Source: an uncultured delta proteobacterium (lineage in GTDB: Bacteria; Desulfobacterota; Desulfobaccia; Desulfobaccales; 0-14-0-80-60-11). Taken from it: a stretch of DNA of 64,000 nt. The notes beneath the pieces are model-generated. The model saw only the letters and a program-made list of their open reading frames with translations. It had not been told where the DNA came from and did no database searches. A program made the position numbers and the translations under genes. The DNA lies in NCBI GenBank assembly GCA_963812015.1, contig CAWETI010000002.1, positions 512,001 to 576,000 on the forward strand, in the 5' to 3' direction. Shown here piece by piece: positions 37,490 to 47,947 of the stretch (its first letter is position 1; each line of letters begins with the position of its first letter).

Positions 37490-38662
37490 TTATTTTTCTC
37501 CCTCCACCGGCGGTTTGGGCGCTTTGGGCGAAGCCCCCTGGGGAAACTTGACCTGGCTGCTGATATTCAACAGGATGCCCACGGCCAGTAAATTGACCAG
37601 CAGCCCCGAACCCCCGTAGCTGAGGAAGGGCAGGGACAGCCCCTTGGTGGGGAGGATGCCGCTCACCACCCCCATGTTGATGAGGGCCGGCAGGCCGATC
37701 ATGAGGGTGAGCCCCAAGGCCAGATACGAGCCGAAGCTGTCCGGGGCCTTAAGGCTCAGGCGAATGCCCCGGCAGATCAAGATGGTAAACAGGGCCAGCA
37801 CCAGCAGAACCCCCAAAAAGCCCAGTTCTTCGCTGAAGATGGCCAGGATGAAATCAGTGTGGCAGTCAGGCAGGTAAAAGAGTTTGGCCCGGCTCTGGCC
37901 GAGTCCCAGGCCCGACAGCCCCCCGGAGCCGATGGCGAGCAAGGCCTGCTTGAGCTGGTAGCCCACGTCCTGGCCGTGCTTCCAGGGGTCCAGGAACGAC
38001 AGGATGCGGGCGAACTTTTTGGGGTCCCGGAGCACCATCAAAATGCCCAGGGGGATGACGGCGGCCATGGCCAGGAGGATGTGCGTGACCCGGGTGCCGC
38101 CCACAAAGAGCATGGTGAAGACGATGGCCCCCAGGGTGACGGAGGTGCCGAAATCCGGTTCCTTGAGGATCAGGGCGATAAAGAGGCCGGCCATCAGCAT
38201 GTGGGGCAAAAAGCCGATGGCGAAATACTTCATTTTCTCCTGCTTCCGGGCCAGGGAATAGGCCATGAACAAGACCATGGCCAGCTTGGCGAACTCCGAG
38301 GGCTGGAGGGTCAGGGGCCCCAGGCGCAGCCAGCGGGCCGCGCCCCGGACCTTGCCGCCGATGCCCGGGACAAAGACCAGAACCAGGGTGAGGAGGGAAA
38401 GCACCAGGATGTGGTAAATCCAGCGCTTGTAACGGTGATAGTTGATGCTGCGCCCCAGGAAGAGGGCCCCCACGCCCAGGAAGGCGTAGATCCCCTGGCG
38501 CTTGACGAAGTAGTAGGCGTCGCTGTACTCGGACTGGGCCATGAGGGTGCTGGAGGTGAAAATCATGGCCATTCCCAGGGCCAGCAAAGAGTAGGCGGTG
38601 ATCTGGAGAGTCTGGTCGTAATGGACCGAGGCCATTGCCGGAGCGGCAGCTTCATGCTTCAT
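37490..38662 (-). CDS. ftsW: SEDS peptidoglycan polymerase FtsW
   Basis: GAARW, QPSEFAK, HTDFI, LPFLSYGGS. Confidence 0.96.
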   Translation of the reverse strand: MKHEAAAPAMASVHYDQTLQITAYSLLALGMAMIFTSSTLMAQSEYSDAYYFVKRQGIYAFLGVGALFLGRSINYHRYKRWIYHILVLSLLTLVLVFVPGIGGKVRGAARWLRLGPLTLQPSEFAKLAMVLFMAYSLARKQEKMKYFAIGFLPHMLMAGLFIALILKEPDFGTSVTLGAIVFTMLFVGGTRVTHILLAMAAVIPLGILMVLRDPKKFARILSFLDPWKHGQDVGYQLKQALLAIGSGGLSGLGLGQSRAKLFYLPDCHTDFILAIFSEELGFLGVLLVLALFTILICRGIRLSLKAPDSFGSYLALGLTLMIGLPALINMGVVSGILPTKGLSLPFLSYGGSGLLVNLLAVGILLNISSQVKFPQGASPKAPKPPVEGEK

Positions 38663-40004
38663 ACGAGAGCTCCCTTACCTGTTTTTGAAAGGTTTGCCCA
38701 CGGTGAACGTAATCTTTGTACATATCAAAGCTGGCGCAGCCGGGAGACAGGAGCACCACCTCCCCGGGGCGGGCCAGGTCCCAGGCCCGAGCCACCGCCG
38801 CGGCCATGTCGTCGGCCAGGTAGGCCGGAGTGAGCCCCCCCCACACCCGGGCCAGGTGCTCCCGGGTTTCCCCGATCAGGACCAGGGCCTTGACCCGGGT
38901 CCGAATGAGGTCGTTCAAGAGGGAGAAGTCGCTGTCCTTGTCCCGGCCGCCGGCAATGAGGACCACCGGCCGGTCAAAGTGGGCCAGGGAGCAGGCTACC
39001 GCGCCCACGTTGGTGCCTTTGGAGTCATCGTAGAAGGAAACCCCCCGGCGGTCGGCCACCCATTCCAGGCGGTGAGGCAGGCCGCCAAAATTCGCCAGCA
39101 CTTCCCGGCAGGCCCCGGGGTCGGCCCCCGCATCCAGGGCCAGGAGCAGGGCCGCCATGATGTTCTCCAGGTTGTGCCTACCTTTTAGCCGGATGTGCTC
39201 CAGGGGAAAAGTTGCTTCCCGGCTGTCGGCCAGCCTCACCTGGATGGCGGCGTGGTGCAGCCAGGCCCCGGTGGTGAGGGGCCGGGCGGCGGAAAAGTAA
39301 TAGACCCGGCTCTCGCCCCGGCCAAGGGCCGCCACCGCGGGGTCGTCGGCGTTGAGGACCTGAAGATCGCCCGGCTCCTGGCAGCGGAACAGGCCGGCCT
39401 TGGAAGCGAGATAGGCGTCGAAGCCGGGGTAGCGGTCCAGGTGGTCCTGGGTGACGTTCAAGAGCGCCGCAGCCTGGGGATGGAAGTGGGGAGCGGTGTC
39501 CAACTGGAAGCTGCTCACCTCCAGCACCAGGCAATCCGCCTCATCCTGCCGGGACAGAAGCGAAACCACGGGGGTGCCGATATTGCCGCCCACCAGGGGT
39601 TTTTGCCCCGAGGCGGTGAGCAACTCCCCCAGCAGGGTGGTGGTGGTGGTCTTGCCATTGGTGCCGCTCACCGCGATGAGTCGCCGACGGATGTAGGGGC
39701 CGGCTACTTCGAGTTCGCCCACCACCGGCACGCCCGCGGCCCGGGCCGCCATGAGCCAGGGGAGTTCCGGGGGCACCCCGGGGGAGAGGACGATGGCATC
39801 GTATCCCTGCCAATCAGGTTGGGCCACGCCCAGGGCCTCCGTCACCCCCAGACTGTGGATGTCCCGGCGGGCCTCGGCCAGGGCCGAAGGATCGGCCTGG
39901 TCGGTGACCGTCACCTTCGCCCCGTGTTCCACCAGAAAACGGCACAGGGCCACGCCGGTCCGGGCCAGACCCACTACCAAAATTTTCTGATTAAGTAAGT
40001 CCAT
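38652..40004 (-). CDS. murD: UDP-MurNAc-L-Ala--D-glutamate ligase
   Basis: SPGVP, GTNGKTTTT, EVSSFQL, DHLDRY, DSKGTN, SPGCASFD. Confidence 0.97.
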   Translation of the reverse strand: MDLLNQKILVVGLARTGVALCRFLVEHGAKVTVTDQADPSALAEARRDIHSLGVTEALGVAQPDWQGYDAIVLSPGVPPELPWLMAARAAGVPVVGELEVAGPYIRRRLIAVSGTNGKTTTTTLLGELLTASGQKPLVGGNIGTPVVSLLSRQDEADCLVLEVSSFQLDTAPHFHPQAAALLNVTQDHLDRYPGFDAYLASKAGLFRCQEPGDLQVLNADDPAVAALGRGESRVYYFSAARPLTTGAWLHHAAIQVRLADSREATFPLEHIRLKGRHNLENIMAALLLALDAGADPGACREVLANFGGLPHRLEWVADRRGVSFYDDSKGTNVGAVACSLAHFDRPVVLIAGGRDKDSDFSLLNDLIRTRVKALVLIGETREHLARVWGGLTPAYLADDMAAAVARAWDLARPGEVVLLSPGCASFDMYKDYVHRGQTFQKQVRELSYEA

Positions 40005-40025
40005 TGATCATATAAGCCACAAAGA

Positions 40026-40130
40026 TGTTTGGGACTTTGGGGGGCAAAAGGCGAAAAGGAGTTAACAGGATCACCGAATCCAGGCTTTTGTTTTTCCTTT
40101 TCCCCTTTTCTCCTTTTGCGCTTTTCCCCC
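40026..40130. repeat. Imperfect inverted repeat built from roughly 8-mer purine/pyrimidine units
   Basis: GGGGGCAAAAGGCGAAAAGGAG ... TTTTCCTTTTCCCCTTTTCTCCTTTTGCGCTTTTCCCCC between mraY and murD. Confidence 0.45.
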
Positions 40131-40176
40131 AAGGGCCAAGAAACCATCGAACTCGTTGAACCTAAATGACTTTGCG

Positions 40177-41256
40177 CTATCTCAGTTTAAGGGCGCTTAA
40201 TGACACCAATCCCAAAATAATGGCGATGATCCAGAAGCGCACGATGACCTTGGGTTCGGGCCAGCCCTTCAGTTCAAAATGATGGTGCAGCGGCGCCATG
40301 CGAAAGATGCGCTTGCCGTTGGAGACTTTAAAAAAGCCCACCTGGAGGATGACGGACAGGGCTTCCACCACGAAAATGCCGCCCACGAGGGCCAGGAGGA
40401 TTTCCTGCTTAGTGGCCAGGGCCACGGTGCCCAGGACGCCGCCCAGGGCCAGGGCGCCCACGTCCCCCATAAACACCTGGGCCGGGTAGGCGTTAAACCA
40501 GAGAAAACCCACCCCGGCGCCCATAAGGGCCCCCAGATAGATGGAGAGTTCCCCCACGCCCCGGACATAGGGGATTTGCAGATAAGCGGCGATCTTGATA
40601 TTGCCCGCCAGGTAGCAAAAAATCATGTAGAAGGCGGCGGCGATAGTTACCGGGCCGATGGCCAGGCCGTCCAGGCCGTCGGTGAGGTTCACCGCGTTGG
40701 CGGTGCCCACAATAACAAAGACCGCGAAGGGGATGAACAGGATGCCCAGGTCCGGCTGGACCTGCTTGAAAAAGGGGATCGTCAGAGTGGTGTCAAACCC
40801 GGGGTTGACGTAGAACCAGATGGCCGGCACCAGGGCCACGATGATTTGGCTCACCAGCTTGGCCCGCCCGCTCAAGCCCTGGTTGTGTTTCTTGATGACC
40901 TTGAGATAGTCGTCATAAAAGCCGATAAGGCCGAAACCCAGGGTCACCAGAACCAGAAGCCAGATGTAGGGATTGTTCAACTCGGCCCACAAGACGGTGG
41001 CGGTCAGGGTGGCGAAAATGATCATCAGCCCGCCCATGGTGGGCGTGCCGTTCTTGGCGAAGTGGGACTTGGGGCCTTCTTCCCGGACGGTCTGGCCGAT
41101 TTGCAGCGCCTTGAGCTTGCGAATAAACCAGGACCCAACCACCATGGAGATGATCAGGGCCGTGAGGATGGCGAAGATGGTCCGGAAGGTAATGTACCGG
41201 AAGACATTAAACCCGCCGAAAACCGTTTTTAATGGATAGAGAAGATGATAGAGCAC
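40177..41256 (-). CDS. mraY: Phospho-N-acetylmuramoyl-pentapeptide transferase
   Basis: [35 protein letters not shown]. Confidence 0.98.
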   Translation of the reverse strand: MLYHLLYPLKTVFGGFNVFRYITFRTIFAILTALIISMVVGSWFIRKLKALQIGQTVREEGPKSHFAKNGTPTMGGLMIIFATLTATVLWAELNNPYIWLLVLVTLGFGLIGFYDDYLKVIKKHNQGLSGRAKLVSQIIVALVPAIWFYVNPGFDTTLTIPFFKQVQPDLGILFIPFAVFVIVGTANAVNLTDGLDGLAIGPVTIAAAFYMIFCYLAGNIKIAAYLQIPYVRGVGELSIYLGALMGAGVGFLWFNAYPAQVFMGDVGALALGGVLGTVALATKQEILLALVGGIFVVEALSVILQVGFFKVSNGKRIFRMAPLHHHFELKGWPEPKVIVRFWIIAIILGLVSLSALKLR

Positions 41257-41347
41257 CTAAGCCATTCTCCCTTAAAAATCCTTTTAAGTCCACTGAGGCA
41301 ACGAAACCGGGTTTTCCCGGCACGCCCAAGGGCCAAACCCGGCCACC

Positions 41348-42781
41348 TTACCGGGAAGGCGCCTCCTCCAACCGGTCAATGAGCCCTTCCATGTGCATGC
41401 TCCGGGAGCCTTTCACCAGGAGCCAGTCCCCGGGGACCAGGAGTTCCTGTAAAATCCGGGCGGCGTCAATCCGGCGCTCCACCGGAAAGATGCGGTTCGG
41501 GGCGAGGCCCGCTTCCCGGGCGCCTTCGGCCACCTCCTGGCGAAAACTGCCATAAAACACCAACAGGTCCAAGCCCAGGCGGCCGGCCAGCCGACCCAGC
41601 TCCCGGTGGTCGGACGCGGCCCCAACGCCCAACTCCAGCATGTCCCCCAGGGCCGCGGCGGCCCGGCCGTGGTCCTTGAGTTCCATCAGGGTCCCCAGCG
41701 CCATGGCCATGGAGCCGGGATTGGCGTTGTAGCAATCATTGATGAGGTGCACCCCGGAGTCCAGGGTGATGACCTGGGAGCGCCGATGAATGGCGCGAAA
41801 CTGTTCCAGGGCGGCGGCGGTCTCTCCGGGGGCCAGCCCCAGACAGAGGCCCACGGCGGTGGCGGCCAGGGCATTATAGAGCATGTGCAGCCCCGGGGCG
41901 GGGAGGCTCAGGGGCCAAACCTGGCCCTCATAGGAGAGGCTGGCGGTCTGGCCGTCCCGTCCCTGGGTCTGCCTATCCTTCGCCCGGAGGCGGGCCGCGG
42001 CGTTGAGGCCGAAACCCAGCTTAGGGCCGCGGAAATCCTGGGCCAGGCGGGCCACCCAGGGGTCATCGGCATTGTAAATCAGGCGGGCGCCATGATCCAG
42101 GGCCCGGATCAGCTCCCCCTTGGCCCGGGCCACCCCGGCGATATCCCCCACGCCTTCGGTGTGGGCCGGATGGACGTTGGTGAGCACGCCGATGGTGGGT
42201 GAGGCGATCCGGGTGAGGCGGTGGATTTCGCCAAAGGCGTTCATGCCCATCTCCACCACCGCGGCTTCGTGGGTCCCCTCCAACCCCAGGAGGGTGAGGG
42301 GCATGCCGATGAGGTTGTTGAGGTTCAGCCGGTTTTTCAAGACCCGGAAGGCCGGCGAAAGCGCCGCGGCGATCATCTCCTTGGTGGTGGTCTTGCCGCA
42401 ACTGCCGGTGATGCCCACCACCGGCACCGAAAAGCGGGCCCGCCAGGCCTGGGCCAGATCCCCCAGGGCGGTCAGGGCGTCCCGCACCGCGATGACGGTC
42501 ACTTCGGCGGGGACTGTAGGGGCGGGTTTTAAACCCGCCCCTACACCGGCAGGCCTCAATATTCTTTTCTCAACTAAAACCCCCCGGACGCCCCGGCGCA
42601 GGGCGGCGGGGATGAATTCATGGCCGTCGTGGCGCTCCCCGGTGAGGGGGATGAACAGCTCCCCGGTCTGGCAGGTGCGGGAGTCGGTGCTGATGCCGCA
42701 AAAGGCGTTCCAGGCCCCCGATTGCACCAGGGCGCCGCCGGTGGCGGCCAGAATCTCCGGGGTGGTAAAGGTGGCCCGCAT
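41348..42781 (-). CDS. murF: UDP-MurNAc-tripeptide--D-Ala-D-Ala ligase, with in-frame REP insertion
   Basis: TDSR, GSCGKTTTKE, NDCYNANP, GDMLELG, KGSR. Confidence 0.96.
   Translation of the reverse strand: MRATFTTPEILAATGGALVQSGAWNAFCGISTDSRTCQTGELFIPLTGERHDGHEFIPAALRRGVRGVLVEKRILRPAGVGAGLKPAPTVPAEVTVIAVRDALTALGDLAQAWRARFSVPVVGITGSCGKTTTKEMIAAALSPAFRVLKNRLNLNNLIGMPLTLLGLEGTHEAAVVEMGMNAFGEIHRLTRIASPTIGVLTNVHPAHTEGVGDIAGVARAKGELIRALDHGARLIYNADDPWVARLAQDFRGPKLGFGLNAAARLRAKDRQTQGRDGQTASLSYEGQVWPLSLPAPGLHMLYNALAATAVGLCLGLAPGETAAALEQFRAIHRRSQVITLDSGVHLINDCYNANPGSMAMALGTLMELKDHGRAAAALGDMLELGVGAASDHRELGRLAGRLGLDLLVFYGSFRQEVAEGAREAGLAPNRIFPVERRIDAARILQELLVPGDWLLVKGSRSMHMEGLIDRLEEAPSR
42515..42545. 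repeat. GTAG palindrome inside the murF coding sequence
   Basis: TGTAGGGGCGGGTTT-T-AAACCCGCCCCTACA, a 15-1-15 perfect inverted repeat. Confidence 0.9.
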
Positions 42782-44307
42782 CAGCCGTGGTACTCCTTGA
42801 GGGCCCGCGCCACTTCCTCTCGATCGTCGAAGTGGCGGCGCTCGGCGCCCCAGATCTGATAGTTTTCATGGCCCTTGCCGGCCACCAGCACGGCCTCGCC
42901 GGGGCGGGCCAGGGACACGGCCAGGCGGATGGCCTCCCGGCGATCGGGGACCACCAGGTAGCCCGCCTCGCCTCTTTGGGCCTCGGCCGCGGTGAGGCGG
43001 GGCAGACCGCTGGTCTCCAAGCCGGGCTCGATCTCCCGGATAATGGCCAGGGGGTCTTCGGTGCGGGGATTGTCGCTGGTAACGATAACCAGTTGGGACT
43101 TCTCCGCCGCCACCTGACCCATGAGAGGCCGCTTGGTGCGGTCCCGGTCGCCGCCACAGCCGAACACCGTGATCAGCCGGGAAAAATTAAGGGTCTCTAA
43201 GGCCGCCAGGGCCTGGGTGATGGCCGCCGGGGTGTGGGCATAATCCACGAACACCCCGGGACCCTCGGGGGGGGCGAAGCGCTCCAGGCGGCCCGGCACG
43301 CCGGGCAGGGAGGCGATGCCCCGGGCCACCGCCTCCGGGTCGATCCCCAGGCCCAGTGCGGTGGCGGCGGCCGCCAGGATATTGGCCAGGTTGAAGGGCC
43401 CCACCAGGCGAGAGGTGATCTTAACTTCCCCTGCGGGCGTGGTCAGGGTGGCCTCCAGGCCGTCATGGCGGAAATGCACGGTGCGGGGCCGGACCTGGCT
43501 GTCCGGATGGACGCCATAGGTGAGCACCGGCACTGGGACGGCATCTTTAAGATCAAGTCCCCGGGGGTCGTCCAGATTGAGAACTGACAGCCCCCGGGAG
43601 CCGCAGCCGTTGGCCAGGATTTCCAAAAAGAGCCGGGCTTTGGCGGCAAAATACTCGTCCAGGTTCCGGTGGTAGTCCAGGTGATCCTGGGAGAGGTTGG
43701 TGAAGACGCCGGCGTCGAAGGCGGCGCAATCCACCCGCCTTAAATCCAGGGCATGGGAGGAAACCTCCAAGAAGACGTGGGTGACGCCCCGGGTGCGCAT
43801 CTCCCGGAGGAGGCGCTGGAGGTCCAGGGACTCGGGGGTGGTCACCGGGGCCGGCCAGGTCTGATCACCCACCCGGTAATTCACCGTGCCCACCACCCCC
43901 ACCCGGTAGCCGGCGGCGCCCAGGATGGCTTCCAAAAGATAGGTGGTGCTGGTCTTGCCGTTGGTGCCGGTAATCCCCACCAGGGTCAGCTCCCGGCTGG
44001 GATGGTCATAAAAGGCGGCGCTGATATGGGCCAGGGCCAGCCGGGCCTGTTCCACCCGGACGACCGTAACCCCCGGGGGCGGGGCCAACTCCTGCTCGGT
44101 GACCACCACCCGGGCCCCCTGGGCCAGAGACGCGTCCAGATAGAGGTGGCCGTCGGTGCGGCAGCCTTGCAAAGCCACGAAGAGCCCGCCGGGGACGACC
44201 TCGCCGGAATGGTAGGCCACGCCGGTCACCGGCACGTCAACCTCGCCCAGCACCTGGCAGCCGGCCAGCCCGTCAAGGAGCTCTCTCAATGTCTTGGGGG
44301 TCACCAT
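42781..44307 (-). CDS. murE: UDP-MurNAc-dipeptide--meso-DAP ligase
   Basis: GTNGKTS, EVSSH, DYAHTP, GCGGDRD, DAP-specific DNPR, AGKGHE. Confidence 0.97.
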   Translation of the reverse strand: MVTPKTLRELLDGLAGCQVLGEVDVPVTGVAYHSGEVVPGGLFVALQGCRTDGHLYLDASLAQGARVVVTEQELAPPPGVTVVRVEQARLALAHISAAFYDHPSRELTLVGITGTNGKTSTTYLLEAILGAAGYRVGVVGTVNYRVGDQTWPAPVTTPESLDLQRLLREMRTRGVTHVFLEVSSHALDLRRVDCAAFDAGVFTNLSQDHLDYHRNLDEYFAAKARLFLEILANGCGSRGLSVLNLDDPRGLDLKDAVPVPVLTYGVHPDSQVRPRTVHFRHDGLEATLTTPAGEVKITSRLVGPFNLANILAAAATALGLGIDPEAVARGIASLPGVPGRLERFAPPEGPGVFVDYAHTPAAITQALAALETLNFSRLITVFGCGGDRDRTKRPLMGQVAAEKSQLVIVTSDNPRTEDPLAIIREIEPGLETSGLPRLTAAEAQRGEAGYLVVPDRREAIRLAVSLARPGEAVLVAGKGHENYQIWGAERRHFDDREEVARALKEYHG

Positions 44308-44632
44308 ATCTCGCGTCACCGGGATGTTCCACCTGACCCATCGGGATTATGCATAACAGCAGCAAAGGCTTTGCTTACTGCGTTTGGGGAGTCTTTCCCC
44401 CTCTCCCCGCCTCTGAGGACGATGCCGGGCTGGGAATAAACTCAGAAAATTAACCTTGAATAATTACGGAACCGGATTGATTATCAATCAGCAAAGAAGG
44501 GCAGGCACAGAGGCCTACCCTTGTCATTGCCGTCAAGTTGTGACTGGCGCCCGCTCGCTATCAAGACTCACCGCCTGATTCATTAATAGTATAAAAACTC
44601 ATGAAACTTGGCAAGGACCAATGCCGGCCCGT

Positions 44633-46675
44633 TCAGGCGCCGGACTTGAATTTGACCACGCAGGTGGCGCCGGGGGTGATGGTGGTCCCGGGCGCCGGCT
44701 CTTGGCTGACGGCCATGCCGCTGCCTTCGAAGCGGCAGTGCAGGCCCGAAGGATTCAACAGATTGAGAACCTGGCGGATGGTGTACCCCCGCAGATCAGG
44801 CATGACGGTCAGAGGCCCCTGGGAAATCTCCGGTTTGGCGGGAGTAACCTTGACCTCCGGGTTGGTGGCGGCGATGGCCGGGGTGGACAGGAGGCTCGCC
44901 AGTACCGGCTCGTTTTTGTCTTTGGGAGGTTCCTTGGGATAATAGCCCAAAACCCGCAGGGATTGGGCGGCGATCTCCCGGAAGATGGGGGCCGCCACTA
45001 CCCCCCCGAAGATGGCCCCTTTGGGTTCGTCCACGACGACCGAGATGGCCAGGACTGGATTTTCGGCCGGGATCAGGCCGATGAACAGGGCGTTAAATTT
45101 GCTGTGGGAATAGGCCCGGCCGATCAATTTCTGGGCGGTGCCGGTCTTGCCGGCCACCGTGAACCCGGGCGGCGCCGCTTCCTTGGCGGTGCCGCCGGTT
45201 TGGGTCACCGTCTCCATGATCGCCAGCATCTGGCTGGCGGTTTGCTGGGAGAGGACCCGCCGGATCGGGTTAGGTGGATACTCTTTAACTATTTCCCCCT
45301 GGGGACTGACGACCTCCTTGACCAGATGGGGCTCCATAAGCACGCCGCCGTTGCCCATGGCCGCCAGGGCCATGGTCATTTGGAGCAGCGTCACCGACAC
45401 GCCCTGGCCGAACGCCACGGTGGTCCGGTCGATGAGGGAGCGGGTATGGAGCAGGTTTTTCACCAATCCGGCAGTCTCCCCGGGAAAAAGGATATCGGTG
45501 CGGCGGCCGTAGCCAAAGTCACGGAGATAGTGATCCAGGCGCTTCGGGCCCACCTTGGCGGCGATTTTGGCGGCGCCGATGTTGCTAGATTTCTGAATGA
45601 CCTGCTGCACCGTCAGGGTGCCATAAGGATGGACATCGTGAATCACCTCTGTGGCTCCCAGGTGCCAGACGCCGTTTTCGCAATGTAACTTATCCGTGGG
45701 CTTGACCACCTGGGCGTCCAGGGCGGCGGCGGCCACGAAGATTTTGAAGGTGGACCCCGGCTCCAGGCAATCGGTCACTATGCGGTTGCGCCGGCCCGAT
45801 TCCGGGCATTGGGCATAACGGTTGGGATCCATGGACGGGGTCTGGGCCATGGCCAGGATTTCCCCGGTTTGGGGCCGCATCACCAGGGCCAGGCCCCCGG
45901 CGGCATGGTATTTTTCCACCCCACTGGCCAGTTCCTTTTCGGCGATATACTGAAGGGTGCGGTCCAGGGTGAGGACCACGTTGTTGCCCATGACCTCGGG
46001 ATCCCAGGCCTTTTCCCCGGAGACGACGATGTGGCCCTTGGCGTCGGTCATATTAAAGCACTTCTTGGGCTTGCCGTAGAGCTGGTTATCAAACTGGATT
46101 TCCAGGCCTTCCAGACCCTGACCATCGATGTTGCAGAACCCCAGGATCTGGCCGGCCAGGGTCATCTGGGGATAGTAGCGCTTGGCCTCGGGGACCAGGT
46201 AAATGGCGTCCAGGTCGGTGCGGCCGGTGATCTTGGCCGCCCGGGCCTGGTTTTCTTCAGCGGCCGCCCAGGCCCGGAACGCCTCTTCGCGCTCGGGGGT
46301 GAGATGGCGTTTCACAAAGATAAAGGGACGGGGCCGAGTGAGGAACTCTTTCAAGTCCCGGGGGTTAAACCCCAAGATGGGGGCGAGTTCCCGGGTCAGG
46401 CGGGTGGCTTGCTTGATCTGGCTGGGATGGGCCACCACGGAGGCGACCCGGGTGCTGACGGCCAGTTCGGTGCCGTTGCGGTCCAGGATCATGCCCCGTA
46501 CCGGCAGGATGGGGCAGAATTTCTGGACCTCCCGGGTGGCTTCTTCCCGGAGTTCCGGACCCCGAATGGCCTGGAGGTAAAAAAACCTGCCGCAGACCCA
46601 CAGGCCGAAGGCGAACAGCGCCAGGGCCACCAGGCCGATGCGCAGCCGGACCCATTTGCCGACCGCAGGATTCAC
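44633..46675 (-). CDS. ftsI: Penicillin-binding protein FtsI with C-terminal PASTA domain
   Basis: RGxILDRNG, EPGSTFK, SSN, KTGTAQ. Confidence 0.95.
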   Translation of the reverse strand: MNPAVGKWVRLRIGLVALALFAFGLWVCGRFFYLQAIRGPELREEATREVQKFCPILPVRGMILDRNGTELAVSTRVASVVAHPSQIKQATRLTRELAPILGFNPRDLKEFLTRPRPFIFVKRHLTPEREEAFRAWAAAEENQARAAKITGRTDLDAIYLVPEAKRYYPQMTLAGQILGFCNIDGQGLEGLEIQFDNQLYGKPKKCFNMTDAKGHIVVSGEKAWDPEVMGNNVVLTLDRTLQYIAEKELASGVEKYHAAGGLALVMRPQTGEILAMAQTPSMDPNRYAQCPESGRRNRIVTDCLEPGSTFKIFVAAAALDAQVVKPTDKLHCENGVWHLGATEVIHDVHPYGTLTVQQVIQKSSNIGAAKIAAKVGPKRLDHYLRDFGYGRRTDILFPGETAGLVKNLLHTRSLIDRTTVAFGQGVSVTLLQMTMALAAMGNGGVLMEPHLVKEVVSPQGEIVKEYPPNPIRRVLSQQTASQMLAIMETVTQTGGTAKEAAPPGFTVAGKTGTAQKLIGRAYSHSKFNALFIGLIPAENPVLAISVVVDEPKGAIFGGVVAAPIFREIAAQSLRVLGYYPKEPPKDKNEPVLASLLSTPAIAATNPEVKVTPAKPEISQGPLTVMPDLRGYTIRQVLNLLNPSGLHCRFEGSGMAVSQEPAPGTTITPGATCVVKFKSGA

Positions 46676-47022
46676 GGGAGATTCACGACCTGGGTGGGCT
46701 GGGGAGCCCCCATGTCATACTCGGCTGCCAGTTGCTCCAAACGGTGGATGGAGGTGAGGCAGGCCAGTTCAATCCGGAGCTTGCGGTTCAGATCCAGATG
46801 CTGCTTCTGCGTCTCCTGGGACTGGGCAATCTGGTAGCTCTGGGTGATGTACTGCAAGTCGGCCCAGGCCAGGAACAGGGAGGTGAAGAAGACCCCGGCA
46901 GTAGCCAGGACCACCACGGTCACCACGATTTTGCTCCAGCGCCAGGGGCGGCCGACCTTGCGGTTCTTGGAAATGAACACCTGCCCGGCGGCAGCCAATC
47001 GGAGGGTCAGATTGTTAGGCAT
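46672..47022 (-). CDS. ftsL: Cell division protein FtsL
   Basis: One TM helix plus leucine zipper, between rsmH and ftsI. Confidence 0.8.
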   Translation of the reverse strand: MPNNLTLRLAAAGQVFISKNRKVGRPWRWSKIVVTVVVLATAGVFFTSLFLAWADLQYITQSYQIAQSQETQKQHLDLNRKLRIELACLTSIHRLEQLAAEYDMGAPQPTQVVNLP

Positions 47023-47947
47023 CCCCCATACCTCCACAGTTAGTGGCCGTTTTCTCGGCAATACGCAGCTTGGCACTCCGGGCCCGGGGATTGGCGGCGA
47101 CTTCGGCCGGGGTCGGGGTGAGAGGTTTGCGGGTGAGGCGCACCATCACTCCGGCCCGCTCCCAGGCCATCAGGCGATGTTTGACCAGCCGGTCTTCCAG
47201 GGAGTGGTAGGAGATGACCACCAGGCGCCCCCCGGGCTCCAGCCAGGCTGGGGCGTGCTCCAGAAAAGTGGTCAGCTCTGCCAACTCCAGGTTCACGGCA
47301 ATCCGTAAGGCCTGGAAGACCCGGGTAGCTGGATGCAGTCTCCCCCTGCTTCCCCCGGGTCCCAGGGCCTGTTCTATGACTTTGACTAACTGCCGGGTAG
47401 TGTGGAAGGGATGCCGGCGCCGATCCTGCACCACCTGGCGGGCGATGCGCCGGGCTCGGGGCTCCTCGCCATATTCCCGGAAAATCCTTTCCAACTCTGC
47501 CTGGGGGGCGCGGTTTAACAACATGGCCGCGGTGGGCTGCGGCCCCTCAGGGTTAAAGCGCATGTCCAGAGGCTCATCCCCCTGGAAGGAGAAGCCCCGT
47601 TGAGATCCTTGCAACTGGAAAGTCGACAGGCCCAGGTCCAGCAGAATCCCCGCAACCCCGGGGAGCCGGGCCGATTCCAGCAGTTCCCCCAATTGGGCGT
47701 AAGAACGATGAAACAGGTGAAACTTGGAGGCGTGGTGAGCCAGCCGGGCGGCGGCCACCTGTAGGGCGTTTGGGTCCCGATCCAGGCCCCAGAGCTCCCC
47801 CTCCGGGCCGCTGTGGTCCAGAATGGCCGCGGCATGCCCCCCCTCACCCACGGTGCCATCCACATACAGGCGGCCGGACCGGCAGTTCAGGCCCACCAAC
47901 ACCTCCCCCACCATCACCGGAGCATGAACCGGATTGTGGTCTGTGAT
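47015..47947 (-). CDS. rsmH: 16S rRNA m4C1402 methyltransferase (start uncertain: ATC 47947, ATT 47959 or GTG 47917)
   Basis: HAPVM, DGTVGEGGH, LDLGLS, RGFSF, PLDMR, HPATRVFQALRI, HSLEDR, NPRARSAKLR. Confidence 0.95.
   Translation of the reverse strand: MTDHNPVHAPVMVGEVLVGLNCRSGRLYVDGTVGEGGHAAAILDHSGPEGELWGLDRDPNALQVAAARLAHHASKFHLFHRSYAQLGELLESARLPGVAGILLDLGLSTFQLQGSQRGFSFQGDEPLDMRFNPEGPQPTAAMLLNRAPQAELERIFREYGEEPRARRIARQVVQDRRRHPFHTTRQLVKVIEQALGPGGSRGRLHPATRVFQALRIAVNLELAELTTFLEHAPAWLEPGGRLVVISYHSLEDRLVKHRLMAWERAGVMVRLTRKPLTPTPAEVAANPRARSAKLRIAEKTATNCGGMGDA

Noticed and set aside
44475..44489. FNR box
   Set aside because: TTGAT and ATCAA are separated by 1 bp rather than the required 4.
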